In this document: one piece after another, positions 42,337 to 51,807 of the stretch | Layout of the letters: the number at the start of each line of letters is the position of its first letter | Numbering within the stretch: position 1 is the stretch's first letter | DNA from: Planctomycetota bacterium | GTDB lineage: Bacteria; Planctomycetota; UBA1135 | Reading direction: 5' to 3' | DNA length: 64,000 bases | Assembly: GCA_002705055.1 (NCBI GenBank) | Contig: PAHY01000043.1 | Location: 5,832 to 69,831 of the forward strand | Notes under the pieces: generated by a model | Told to the model about the DNA's origin: nothing | What the model saw: the letters and a program-made list of their open reading frames with translations, nothing else | The model's database searches: none | Translations under genes and position numbers: made by a program

Positions 42337-42945
42337 CTAGCTTCCGGCCTCATCGAGGGCACGTGCCAGCCAGGCGCGGGCGAAGGCCCAATCCCGTTCC
42401 ACGGTGGCGTGCGAGACCTCGAGGGCGGCTGCGGTGGCCTCGATGTCGAGCCCGCCGAAGAAGCGCAGCTCCACGACCCGCCCTTTCCGCTCATCCAGTT
42501 CGCCCAGCTTCTGCAGAGCGTCGTCCAGCTCGAGGAGGCAGGCATCCCGTGCTTCGGGCTCGGTGGGCAGTCGATCCAGCGAGAGTTTGGCGTGCCCGCC
42601 GCCGCGCTTGCCTGCGTTGCGGCGGCGCGCGTGATCCACCAGGATCCGGCGCATCGCCCGCGCGGCCACGGCAAAGAAGTGGCGGCTGCTCTGGACCGAG
42701 GAAGCCTCCATGCCGACCAGGCGCACGAATGCCTCGTGAACCAGCGCGGTCGGCTGCAGGGTGTGCCCCGCGCGCTCGCGGCCGAGATAGCTCGAGGCGA
42801 GGCGCCGCAGGTCTTCATAGACAACCGGGAAGAGATCGTCGAGGGCGTGCGGATCGCCGCCGTCCGCTGCAGCAAGCAGGCGCGTGACGAGGCCCCGGTC
42901 CTCATCGGAAGGGGGCTGCGTCGGGTTTGCGGGCGTCTCGCTCAC
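42337..42945 (-). CDS. ECF-type sigma-70 family RNA polymerase sigma factor.
   Basis: GTG start at 42945 (VSETPANPTQ...). Region 2 ALVHEAFVRL, region 4 GRVVELRFFGGLDIEATAAALEVSHATVERDW. The upstream part of the track ORF is non-protein-like. Confidence 0.7.
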   Translation of the reverse strand: MSETPANPTQPPSDEDRGLVTRLLAAADGGDPHALDDLFPVVYEDLRRLASSYLGRERAGHTLQPTALVHEAFVRLVGMEASSVQSSRHFFAVAARAMRRILVDHARRRNAGKRGGGHAKLSLDRLPTEPEARDACLLELDDALQKLGELDERKGRVVELRFFGGLDIEATAAALEVSHATVERDWAFARAWLARALDEAGS

Positions 42946-43050
42946 GGGGTCGAGGATAGCGACGCCGGAAGTTTTTTGAGGGGCGGTGCCGGCAAGCGGC
43001 GCATGGACTGATGCCGGCGATGGTGTCGGCTCGAACCGAATCGAAGCAAC

Positions 43051-43458
43051 ATGAAACGCATTCTCTCCTTCCTCTCGATGATCTTCCTGCTGACTCTCCC
43101 GGTCGCGGGCATGCTCAACAACAATGACCTGATCTGGGAGGGCACCGCAGCAGGCTTCGGTGCCAACATGAAGGCCAAGTACAAGGAGTCGCCGGAGAAC
43201 GGTCTGATCGATCAGACCCTCGAAGTCGAGCTCCAGAACGCTCCGCGCAACACGCAGGTCCTGGTGACCGCCGGCGGCTACCGCCTGGGCACGCTGACCA
43301 CCGACAACACCGGCCGCGGCATCTTCCGCGTCGACATTCTCGGGCAGCAGCCGGATGGCAACGGTCGCGTCAACGGACCGCGCCTGGAGACCGGGGACAT
43401 CGTGCGCCTCTCGGTGGGCGGCTCGGGGCTGAACGCCGTGCTGAACCCGGTTCCGTAG
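43051..43458 (+). CDS. Small secreted hypothetical protein (135 aa).
   Basis: Signal peptide MKRILSFLSMIFLLTLPVAG; followed by a terminator. Confidence 0.6.
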   Translation: MKRILSFLSMIFLLTLPVAGMLNNNDLIWEGTAAGFGANMKAKYKESPENGLIDQTLEVELQNAPRNTQVLVTAGGYRLGTLTTDNTGRGIFRVDILGQQPDGNGRVNGPRLETGDIVRLSVGGSGLNAVLNPVP

Positions 43459-43502
43459 GACGGAGATCCCTCCGGAACTGAATGGAGATAGAGACAGGGG
43501 AT

Positions 43503-43535
43503 GCAGGGGCGTGGCAACGCGCCCCTGCATTTTTC
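43503..43535 (+). terminator. Rho-independent terminator after the small secreted protein gene.
   Basis: gcaggggcg-tggcaa-cgcccctgc (9-bp stem) followed by atttttctatt. Confidence 0.65.
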
Positions 43536-43565
43536 TATTCGTCTAAACTGAAAGATCGGCTCGCC

Positions 43566-45281
43566 ATGAACAAGCTCCTCATCCCCGCCTTTTGTGTTCT
43601 CGCCCTCCTCCTCGCCGCCTGCGGCGGGGGCGGGTCCAAGTCAACCAGCGAGAGTGGTGCCAGCGTGGGCCTGCTGGTGGGCGATGCGCCGACCGACAGC
43701 CTGTCAAGCGCGACGCTGACCATCACCGAGCTGCGCCTGGTTCGCGAGAACCTGCAGCTCACCTCCAATCTGCTGGCCGCGCCGCGCACCCTGGATGTGC
43801 TGGGGCTGGGCCGCAGCGCACGTGAGGCGCTGCTCGATCTGAGCACTCTGGGATCCGGGCGCTACATCGGCGTGCGCATGACGGTCGATGAGACGGCGGT
43901 GGTACTGCGCGATCTGGACGGCGATCCCGTTTCGGTCAACGTGGTGCAGCCGCAAGCCATTGCGGAGTTCAGCTCAACGCGCGCGGCAGACCTGTTTCTG
44001 GCCAAGGATGGCTACGCGAGCATTTCGGTCGACGTGGTGCTGGATCAGTCCCTGCAGGACAACGGCATCGGCTTCGACTTTGAGCTGACGCTGCGCGCCG
44101 GCCACGCCACCGCCACGCCGATCCTGGATGACTTCCAGGGACAGGTCACGGCGATCCATCGCTCCGCGCGCTGGTTCGAGGCCGAGATCCTCGATGCCCG
44201 CGGCACCGGTGGCAGCCTGGGTGAGGTGCGGGTGGAAGTCGAGGACGCGGATTTGCTGTTCAACTTCTCGGGCGCGGCCTTCGGCAACTCGAACGCCTTC
44301 TTGGCCTCGCTCAAGGTCGGGGACTTCGTCGAAGTGGAAGGCGCGTTGACGCGCGACGGCACCCTGGATGCCACGCGTTGCGAGATCGAAGATCGCAACA
44401 AGAACCAGGTGCGTATGGAGGGCCGCGTACTCAGCGCCGATTTGGTCGGGCAGACCTTTGAGATCGTGCTTGAGGAGATCGAGAAAGGCTATCCGATCGC
44501 GCAGCCGGTGCTTGCCGCGCTGGGCAACCCTGGCGTGCTGTCGATCGAATGGGACAACCGCACCAGCTGGCTGGGATCGAAATCCGCCGGCGGGGCGGGC
44601 GCGCCCGAGGATCTGGTTCCGGGCAAGAAAGTAGATGTGCGCATCGACGCGGACGACTTCGTTGCGCCGATGCCCTTCCTGGCCCGCAACGTGCGGGTGG
44701 ATCTGGCCGAGCGCTATGAGGGCGAGATCAGTGATGTCGCAGCGCTGCCAAACGGCTTTGAGCTGACGCTCGACAACTCGCACCCCGGCGTAACCTCGGG
44801 TCGCATCACCGGACCGGTAGCGGTCGAACTGGATGGCAACACCGTCATCTTCCTCGATACCGGCGTCGAGCCCTGGCTGGAAGCCGATGACCTGCTGACC
44901 GGCATGGAGATCGAAGCCGCCGGCAAGCTGACCGGTTCGGGCGCAGGAGCGAGTCTGGATGCCACGCGCGTGGAAGTGAAGCCGGGACGACTCACCGGAG
45001 TGGTGCAGTCCGTTTCCGAGACTGAAGCCCGATTCACAGTCGTCGTGACCGACCTGGATGATCCCTTCGGCGACCCGGAGCCCGGTGCCACGGTCGACAT
45101 CATCCTGCCCAGTGAGGCGGTCTTGGATATTCCTACCGCGGGCAACACCATCGGTGGTCTGCGGACGGTCTTCAACGATTTGGCAGCGGGTGAATCCCTG
45201 ATCGTGGAGGTCGAGGGGGTGAGTAACGGTGTCGGGCAGGTGCTCGGGTACGAAGTTGAGGCCGAAATCGAGGGAGACTGA
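43566..45281 (+). CDS. DUF4382-family lipoprotein.
   Basis: MNKLLIPAFCVLALLLAACGG lipobox, then GLLVGDAPTDSLSSATLTITELRLV typical of DUF4382. The current stop TGA is the first three bases of the IS left inverted repeat. Confidence 0.7.
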   Translation: MNKLLIPAFCVLALLLAACGGGGSKSTSESGASVGLLVGDAPTDSLSSATLTITELRLVRENLQLTSNLLAAPRTLDVLGLGRSAREALLDLSTLGSGRYIGVRMTVDETAVVLRDLDGDPVSVNVVQPQAIAEFSSTRAADLFLAKDGYASISVDVVLDQSLQDNGIGFDFELTLRAGHATATPILDDFQGQVTAIHRSARWFEAEILDARGTGGSLGEVRVEVEDADLLFNFSGAAFGNSNAFLASLKVGDFVEVEGALTRDGTLDATRCEIEDRNKNQVRMEGRVLSADLVGQTFEIVLEEIEKGYPIAQPVLAALGNPGVLSIEWDNRTSWLGSKSAGGAGAPEDLVPGKKVDVRIDADDFVAPMPFLARNVRVDLAERYEGEISDVAALPNGFELTLDNSHPGVTSGRITGPVAVELDGNTVIFLDTGVEPWLEADDLLTGMEIEAAGKLTGSGAGASLDATRVEVKPGRLTGVVQSVSETEARFTVVVTDLDDPFGDPEPGATVDIILPSEAVLDIPTAGNTIGGLRTVFNDLAAGESLIVEVEGVSNGVGQVLGYEVEAEIEGD

Positions 45282-46401
45282 CCCCCTTGAGTGGGCTCAC
45301 TGCTGGGCCATTTGAAGCGGCCAGCGCCATCTCAGGACCTCCTTGAGCTGCCATCGTTGATCACAGACTCCTGCCGATTGGGCAGGGGTCGTCCTTGTCT
45401 TGACGGTGACGCCACGAACGTAGTTGCGGTACGCCATCCAGATCCACGTGTGCCGCTGGAGCCCCTTGATCGTCTTGGCGGCTCCCCAGCTTCGGCGCAC
45501 GAGGCAAGACATACCGTCGCGCATCATCGCGAGCGTGTGGTTGATCGGAAAGAGCAAGTTTCGATAGTCACGTCGTTTACGACTATCTGTCGTGCGATGG
45601 ATCAAGGCACGAGGATGGGTCGCTCGTCTGCACTCCGTCGGGTAGGTGCGCTTCTTGTCCGTCTGCAAGCGCACCGGGATTTCGGAGGAGAGCAACCCGC
45701 CGAGAGACTCAAAGCACTCACGCACGCAGGCCCGAGATGCCGAGCGGCGCACTCCTTCCTCTGATTGGATCTCGTTGAGTCGCTTTTGCTGTTGCAGAGT
45801 TCGTCGACCGCGCGCTGCAAGCTGCCCTGCGCGCGCGTGCACGACGAAGTAACTCTTCCGTTCGATCAGAACGGCCATCGTCACAGGCTTCAACTTGCGG
45901 TGATGCTCGAAGGACTCGAGTTCGTCGAGTTGGAAGGTGCCGTCGATTCCTCCTCTCTGCGCACACTCCAACAACCGTGCCCTGTGAAAGTCGCGAGCAA
46001 CTCGCGCCATGCGCACATGGCGACGCTCCACGGTCTTCTTGTTGACCCCAAAGAGGCGAGCCGCCTGACGCCGCGTGACTTTGGAGCAAAGCGCGTGGAC
46101 TAAAGCATGATGCAAGAAGGGCTTCCGGTAGCGGAAGTTTGCCTTGAAGGTCTGGGTGCTGAAGCCTCGATGGCAAATGAGGCAGCGGAAACGCTGGATC
46201 CAGCGGCCGTCACACTTGCGGTGATAGGAGCCAGATCGGCGAAAGCGGAATGCGATGTCACATTCGGTCGATGGGCAGCCGAAGCGTGGACAGAAAGGCG
46301 GTTGAAACAAGAAGCGTCCTCCAGGCGGTTTACCTAGAGGACGCTTGACCAGGCGAGAAGTTACGAGTCAGTCCGTGATTCGAGCCCATCCAAGGGGGTC
46401 A
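45279..46401. mobile_element. Insertion sequence (about 1.12 kb) with a single transposase gene and terminal inverted repeats of about 20 bp; IS1/IS1595-type. GC is lower than the flanks.
   Basis: Left end tgacccccttgagtgggctc (45279-). The reverse complement of the right end is tgacccccttggatgggctc (46382-46401); 18 of 20 positions match. GAC is present on both flanks (45276-78 and 46402-04). The coding region is about 56% GC versus about 70% around it. Confidence 0.75.
45297..46310 (-). CDS. Transposase with an N-terminal zinc ribbon and DDE domain (IS1/IS1595-like).
   Basis: CPRFGCPSTECD...RFRCLICHRGFS zinc ribbon; C-terminal RDGMSCLVRRSWGAAKTIKGLQRH resembles the IS1 InsB C-terminal block; 337 aa and intact. 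Confidence 0.7.
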   Translation of the reverse strand: MFQPPFCPRFGCPSTECDIAFRFRRSGSYHRKCDGRWIQRFRCLICHRGFSTQTFKANFRYRKPFLHHALVHALCSKVTRRQAARLFGVNKKTVERRHVRMARVARDFHRARLLECAQRGGIDGTFQLDELESFEHHRKLKPVTMAVLIERKSYFVVHARAGQLAARGRRTLQQQKRLNEIQSEEGVRRSASRACVRECFESLGGLLSSEIPVRLQTDKKRTYPTECRRATHPRALIHRTTDSRKRRDYRNLLFPINHTLAMMRDGMSCLVRRSWGAAKTIKGLQRHTWIWMAYRNYVRGVTVKTRTTPAQSAGVCDQRWQLKEVLRWRWPLQMAQQ

Positions 46402-46406
46402 GACTC

Positions 46407-49112
46407 CTAGGGTACCGGCCAGAAGGGGCGGCTCGGCCGCACCTCGATATCGCTCCACAACGCAACGCCGCCCTCATGCACATCGAGCGCCACCGCGCCT
46501 TCCAGGCGCTCGGGGGTGAACTCTTCAGGGAAGCCGGCCTTCTCCGACCCGTTGGCAACCATCCAGCTCGGCTCCTCGTTGCTCACCAGGAAGTGGAAGT
46601 CGATCCTGTCGCCGGCTGGGAACTGATAGCCGCCGACCTGTTCTAGGCGCGTGAAGGCCCGGCCGCCATCGACGTCGACCTCCTGATCGACTACGCAGGT
46701 GCGGCAGACCGGAACGCCGTCCTGCATCTCGAACACCAGCGCGGCGCGGGCTCGTCCGTTGCGGTCGAGGCCCAGGTTGAGCGCCGCGCGCCCTTCAACC
46801 TGCACCTTGCCGCGCACTTCGTACGGGGCAACGAGCTGGTTGAGTGAGCGACGGCTCACGCGCTCCATGCCCGGACGCGCTTCGCCTTCCGGGTTGTTGA
46901 TGAACACGCCGTCATCGTCGTAGCGGACGACGTCCACGGTCACGCCGGGTGCCTGGAAGGTGCGGTTGCCTTCCTCGCCGCGCTCGAAGGCGCGCTGCCA
47001 CATTCGCAGGTCCTTGCCGGAAAGGTCGAGCGCGTGGCTTTCGCCCGGCTCGAGACCCACGCCGAAGTGCTTGGTCAGGCTGGGATGATCCATGCCCAGT
47101 ACTTCGCAGCCGTGGACCGCGAAGAGCACCGCGGCCATCGGCTCGCCGGCATCCAGCGCCGCATCGGCGGAAGCCGCGAGCGCTTCGACGGCCTCGCGCG
47201 TCGGGATGATGTAGTACTCGAGCGCGTCCTTGCCGCCGTTGTCGGCCAGCCACTCTTCGGCTTCGAGGACAGCCTCCTGCTTGCCGGCCGGGAACATCTG
47301 CTCCCAGTGGCGCACCATCCAGTAGACGGCGTCTTCATCGCGCCCTTCGCCGGAGTTGGCCAGCGCCAGCAGGCGGTAGGTCTCCGGGTCGTTGGGGCGC
47401 TTGCTGTCGGCTTGCTCGGCGGTGATGCGCGCGCGCTCCCAGTCCTCGGCCAGCATGTAGCCACGGCTGCGCGCCTGCAGCACATCGGCGAACTCGGGGC
47501 CGGCCATTTCTTCCTGGTAGAGCGAGGTGCAGAACTTGCGCCAGCGCGCTTCGAGCGCGTCCCAATCCTGGACGTCCGGATCGTCGATCTCTTCGATGAA
47601 GTACTTCTTGGCAATCTCCATCGGATAGAAGCGGTCGCCGTTCGAGCCGCGCTCGGAGAAGTGCTTCAGGTACTTGTCATAGGCGTCGCGGTAGACCAGG
47701 CGCCCGGCCTTCTTGACGGCTTTGTAGTCCTCGGGGATGCGGCCGTCTTCGGTGACTGCCAGCCCGTAGACGCGGCGGTCGTTCTCCTCGTAGTTCAGCA
47801 GGAAGTAGACGAAGGCCCAGCCATAGGGATAGAAGCTGCCCTCGTAGGAGCGGCTGCCGGTCTGATCAGCGCCGGTGTTGCGCGGGTGCGCGACCAGGTC
47901 TTCGAGCGAGTGGCGGCTGGCGCTGTTGTCGATCGCGTACCAGGCGCGCAGCCGGTGCACCGCCGGGGCGTTCTTGACAATCGTGCCGTCAGCCTTGATC
48001 TCGCAGCCTTCGAAGTAGGACGCGGTGCCCTCGTTGAGCCAGGTCGGCACGATGTGGCGGTCCTTCGACAGCAGCGTCATGAACTGGTGGCTGGCCTCGT
48101 GGAACAGCGTCTGCCACAGCGCGTCCTGCGTGAAGCCCTCTTCGTCGTAGGCGCGGTCATACGCGACCACGGTGCGCTGCGCCGGCACCCAGTAACCACC
48201 CACGCCGCGGCTGGGCATGGCGCGGTTCAGCACCTTCAGCGACATCTTGTCGAAGTCCGAGCGGCGCCGCATGACGTGGATGGTGGCCTTGGCCTTCTTC
48301 TTGTAGTCGTAGATCTCGCGATAGAACTGATTGATCTCGTCCATCGCGGCGGTGAGCGTCTCGGTGAACTCCCACGACACGTTGCAGTAGATGTCGTAGT
48401 TCTTCGTCTCGCGCTCGAAGGGGTTCTCCCAGTGCTCGTGCTTCTTGTTCTCGCGGTCCAGCCACTCGGGTGACTTGCGGCGAATCGAAGCGGCGACGAA
48501 GGCGCCGCCGGACAGCTGCTGCCCGGCCTTGTCGGCCAGCTTCTCGTAATCCTTCTCCAGCTTCTTGTCGCCCTGGTTGAGCTCGAGCAGGCGGTCCATC
48601 AGGTGTCCGGCGAGGCGGTACTGCTTCTTGGAGCCGGCCTTCTTGGCGGCTTCGCGCAGCGACTCGTCCCAGGCGAGCAGGATTTCTTCGTCGCGGTTCC
48701 AGCCTTCCCACTGACCTTCGAACAGCGCGCCCAGTTCCTCCAGCTCATCGGCGCGGCCGCCGTACTTGCGCGACCAGTACAGCCACTTGGCCCAGCGCAG
48801 CGCATCGTCCGGATCCTCGGTAGCCACCGCGATGCGGTGCATCAGCTGATAGCCGGCATCGCTGAAGGGGTAGGACGCCAGCGCGTGGAGCCCGGCTTCG
48901 CGCGCTTCCTCCAGCTTGCCCGCTTTGAGCAGCTTCTCGGCTTCGGCGAAGGCCTCCTCTTCGTCGGCCGCGAAGACGAGCGCGGGGATGTTGGGCGCAG
49001 CGGCTGGCGCCGTGGTGGGCAGCCAGGCTTGCGGACCGGGATGGGGGATCAGCGCGGGGCTGGCGAGCAGCGCCGCGATCAGCACGAACAACAGGCGAGA
49101 CATGCGGAACAT
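46407..49112 (-). CDS. Secreted DUF1570-family protein (zincin-like HExxH), putative peptidase.
   Basis: Signal peptide MFRMSRLLFVLIAALLASPA; TLFHEASHQFMTL...WLNEGTASYFEG; 901 aa. Confidence 0.65.
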   Translation of the reverse strand: MFRMSRLLFVLIAALLASPALIPHPGPQAWLPTTAPAAAPNIPALVFAADEEEAFAEAEKLLKAGKLEEAREAGLHALASYPFSDAGYQLMHRIAVATEDPDDALRWAKWLYWSRKYGGRADELEELGALFEGQWEGWNRDEEILLAWDESLREAAKKAGSKKQYRLAGHLMDRLLELNQGDKKLEKDYEKLADKAGQQLSGGAFVAASIRRKSPEWLDRENKKHEHWENPFERETKNYDIYCNVSWEFTETLTAAMDEINQFYREIYDYKKKAKATIHVMRRRSDFDKMSLKVLNRAMPSRGVGGYWVPAQRTVVAYDRAYDEEGFTQDALWQTLFHEASHQFMTLLSKDRHIVPTWLNEGTASYFEGCEIKADGTIVKNAPAVHRLRAWYAIDNSASRHSLEDLVAHPRNTGADQTGSRSYEGSFYPYGWAFVYFLLNYEENDRRVYGLAVTEDGRIPEDYKAVKKAGRLVYRDAYDKYLKHFSERGSNGDRFYPMEIAKKYFIEEIDDPDVQDWDALEARWRKFCTSLYQEEMAGPEFADVLQARSRGYMLAEDWERARITAEQADSKRPNDPETYRLLALANSGEGRDEDAVYWMVRHWEQMFPAGKQEAVLEAEEWLADNGGKDALEYYIIPTREAVEALAASADAALDAGEPMAAVLFAVHGCEVLGMDHPSLTKHFGVGLEPGESHALDLSGKDLRMWQRAFERGEEGNRTFQAPGVTVDVVRYDDDGVFINNPEGEARPGMERVSRRSLNQLVAPYEVRGKVQVEGRAALNLGLDRNGRARAALVFEMQDGVPVCRTCVVDQEVDVDGGRAFTRLEQVGGYQFPAGDRIDFHFLVSNEEPSWMVANGSEKAGFPEEFTPERLEGAVALDVHEGGVALWSDIEVRPSRPFWPVP

Positions 49113-49184
49113 GGTCGCCCGCAGTTTAGCGCATGCAGCGACACGCCCCGCGCGGGCGCGGCCTCGCGTCGAGGGGGCGCGGCC

Positions 49185-50363
49185 CTAGTTCTGCGGCAGC
49201 AGATGCTCGTAGCCGACTTCGGACAGCCAGCTGTGCAGCCGATCCAGCGGCACTGCCAGACCCATGTGCGTAATCACCTGGGGGCGATACGAGCCGTGGG
49301 TATAGATCTTGGCGAAGATGCCGACCAGCTCGAGGGTGTCGCCGTGGAAGACGCCGCCGCCCGAGTTGCCGAAGTAGGCCGGGCTGGAGACCATCCAATA
49401 GGGCTCGCCGTCGACCTCCCAGGTCTCGCGGGTGATCATTCCGTCGGTGGCCTGGGCGGCGGTGCCCAGCGGGCAGCCGACCGTGTAGATCTCGCGGAAG
49501 ACGCCCATCTCCTCGATCCGGCTCACCGGCGCGATCTTGGCGACGCGGCCCAGATCGGCGCTGCACTCGATCCGCAGCAGCGCCAGATCGGAGGGGACAT
49601 CCCATTCGATCATGCTCACCGGATAGGCGCGCTCGGCGGCATCGAGGCCGGTGAACACTGCCCGGAAGCTGGCCTCGCGGTAGTCGTCGAAGTCCTCGCG
49701 GCCTTCCAGGATGTCGCGCACGACGTGGAAGCAGGACAGCGCCAGGTAGTGCGGGTCGTCTTCGTCCTCGATCCGCGCGATCAGCACGGCCGAGCCCACG
49801 GCCTCGCCGCCGGAGAGCTGAAACACCGGGCCGAGCACTTGTTCCCGCAGGGCGTCGACCTTTGGCGCGGCGGGCTGCGCCAGCTCGACGGCAGCGGAAG
49901 CGGCGGCCGCGGCGATTTCTTCCTGGGCGGCGAGCAGGCTGGCAAGATCAAGCTGCCAGCGCTCGGCCTCGCTCGTGATCCGCGACTCCATCTGCTCGCG
50001 TTCGGCGGCGAGTTCGGTTTCCAGCTCGCCGATCCGATCGAGCAGCATGGCGACCTGATCCCGCTCGGCCGCGAAGGCGGCGGTGCGATCGCGCAGACCG
50101 GCGGCTTCGTCAACCAGGCTGGCGTGGGCGGCCTGCAGACTGGCATAGTCCTGGGCCAGCGACTCCTGGGCTTCGTGCACTTCCAGGTAGTGCGCGTCCC
50201 GTTCACGCAGGATTCCGCGCAGCTCCCGCAGTTCGACGCGCAGGCTCTGCACCCGCATCGCGGCCAGGTCGACCTCGGTCTCCGAACTGGCGGGCCAGGG
50301 CACCCCGGCCAGCGCCAGGGCGCCGACGCAGCAGAGGACGGTCAGGGCGGGAAGGATCCGCAT
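49185..50363 (-). CDS. Secreted trypsin-like serine protease (S1 family) with an N-terminal coiled-coil.
   Basis: Signal peptide; long heptad-like region (LRVELRELRGILRERD...); catalytic-domain motifs GSAVLIA, DLALLRI, GNSGGGV. Confidence 0.65.
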   Translation of the reverse strand: MRILPALTVLCCVGALALAGVPWPASSETEVDLAAMRVQSLRVELRELRGILRERDAHYLEVHEAQESLAQDYASLQAAHASLVDEAAGLRDRTAAFAAERDQVAMLLDRIGELETELAAEREQMESRITSEAERWQLDLASLLAAQEEIAAAAASAAVELAQPAAPKVDALREQVLGPVFQLSGGEAVGSAVLIARIEDEDDPHYLALSCFHVVRDILEGREDFDDYREASFRAVFTGLDAAERAYPVSMIEWDVPSDLALLRIECSADLGRVAKIAPVSRIEEMGVFREIYTVGCPLGTAAQATDGMITRETWEVDGEPYWMVSSPAYFGNSGGGVFHGDTLELVGIFAKIYTHGSYRPQVITHMGLAVPLDRLHSWLSEVGYEHLLPQN

Positions 50364-50504
50364 CTTCTCCTGTTCGTCCAGCGGCGAGAGCCAGGTGAAG
50401 CGCAGAGTGGAATACTAATCTAAAAGCTTGTATTTCACCCCTCGGCTTGGGCTCCTCCAGACCCTACAATATGCGGTCGGACCGACCGTCCGACCCGTTC
50501 AGAA

Positions 50505-51752
50505 ATGGTGTTTGCCACAGTCGAAGAGGCCCTCGAGGAGATCCGCGCGGGCCGGATGATCATCCTGGTTGACGACCCCCGTCGCGAGAACGAGGGCGAT
50601 CTCGTGATGGCTGCCGAGTCCATCACGCCCGAGGCGATCAACTTCATGCGCAAGGAAGGTGGGGGGCTGATCTGCCTCTCCATGTCCGGCGAGATCTGCG
50701 ACCAGCTCGATCTGCGCCCCCAGGTGGCGAACAACACCGCCCGGATGGGCACCGCCTTTCTCGAATCGATCGAGGCGCGCGAGGGCGTCACCACCGGCAT
50801 TTCGGCCGCCGACCGCGCTCACACCATCCTCACCGCAGTCCAGCCCGACGCCCGCCCGGTCGATCTGGCCCGGCCCGGCCACATGTTCCCGCTGCGCGCC
50901 CGCGATGGCGGTGTGCTGGTCCGCCCCGGTCAGACCGAAGGCTCGGTCGATCTGTCCAAGCTGGCCGGAATGCGCGCCGCCGGCGTGATCTGCGAGATCA
51001 TGAACGAGGACGGAACCATGGCGCGGATGCCCGATCTCGAGGTCTTCGCGGCCAAGCACGGCCTGAAGATCCTCACCGTCGAGGACCTGGTCGAGTACCG
51101 CCGCAAGCGCGAAAAGCTGATCGAGCGCCGGGTCGATTCGGTGCCGCTTCCCAACGTCACCGGCGACTGGCAGATGCACCTCTACCGCTCGAAGACCGAC
51201 GGCAAGGAGCACATCGCGCTGACCTACGGCTGGGAGGGCGCCCCGGAAGATCTGAGCGAGTCCTTCGCGGCCGTCGACGAGCCGGTCGCGGTCCGCGTCC
51301 ACTCCGAGTGCTTCACCGGCGACGTCCTGGGCTCGCTGCGCTGCGACTGCGGCCCGCAACTCGATGCCGCCATGCGTCAAATCTCTGTGACGGGCAAGGG
51401 GGTCCTGCTCTACATTCGCCAGGAAGGGCGGGGAATCGGGCTCGAGAAGAAGCTCGAGGCCTACAAGCTGCAGGACGCAGGATTTGACACAGTCGAGGCC
51501 AACGAAAAACTCGGCTATCCGGCAGATATGCGCGAGTACGGTGTGGGTGCGCAGATCCTGCACGACCTCGGTGTGCGGAAGATGCGCCTGCTCACGAATA
51601 ACCCGAAGAAGCTCGCGGGGTTGAAGGGCTACGGCCTGGAGGTCACCGAGCAACTTCCCATCGCAGTCGAACCGCATCCGCAGAACCGCCGGTACCTCGA
51701 GACCAAGCGCGAACGGATGGGGCATCTGCTGCCACCGATCGAAGGCGAATAG
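50505..51752 (+). CDS. ribBA: Bifunctional 3,4-dihydroxy-2-butanone-4-phosphate synthase / GTP cyclohydrolase II.
   Basis: [16 protein letters not shown]-synthase motifs followed by CxxC...C GTP cyclohydrolase II motifs ([18 protein letters not shown]). Confidence 0.9.
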   Translation: MVFATVEEALEEIRAGRMIILVDDPRRENEGDLVMAAESITPEAINFMRKEGGGLICLSMSGEICDQLDLRPQVANNTARMGTAFLESIEAREGVTTGISAADRAHTILTAVQPDARPVDLARPGHMFPLRARDGGVLVRPGQTEGSVDLSKLAGMRAAGVICEIMNEDGTMARMPDLEVFAAKHGLKILTVEDLVEYRRKREKLIERRVDSVPLPNVTGDWQMHLYRSKTDGKEHIALTYGWEGAPEDLSESFAAVDEPVAVRVHSECFTGDVLGSLRCDCGPQLDAAMRQISVTGKGVLLYIRQEGRGIGLEKKLEAYKLQDAGFDTVEANEKLGYPADMREYGVGAQILHDLGVRKMRLLTNNPKKLAGLKGYGLEVTEQLPIAVEPHPQNRRYLETKRERMGHLLPPIEGE

Positions 51753-51807
51753 CCTCGGCTTGGCTCTCGTTCCCCGCTTCCGGGGCCGCTAATCTGGTCC
51801 CGCGTCC

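Noticed and set aside
50364-50504. Possible FMN riboswitch upstream of ribBA.
   Set aside because: The 141-bp region lacks the conserved RFN-element sequence blocks and is too short once the divergent protease promoter is accommodated. Only an 8-bp hairpin (ggtcggac...gtccgacc) is present.
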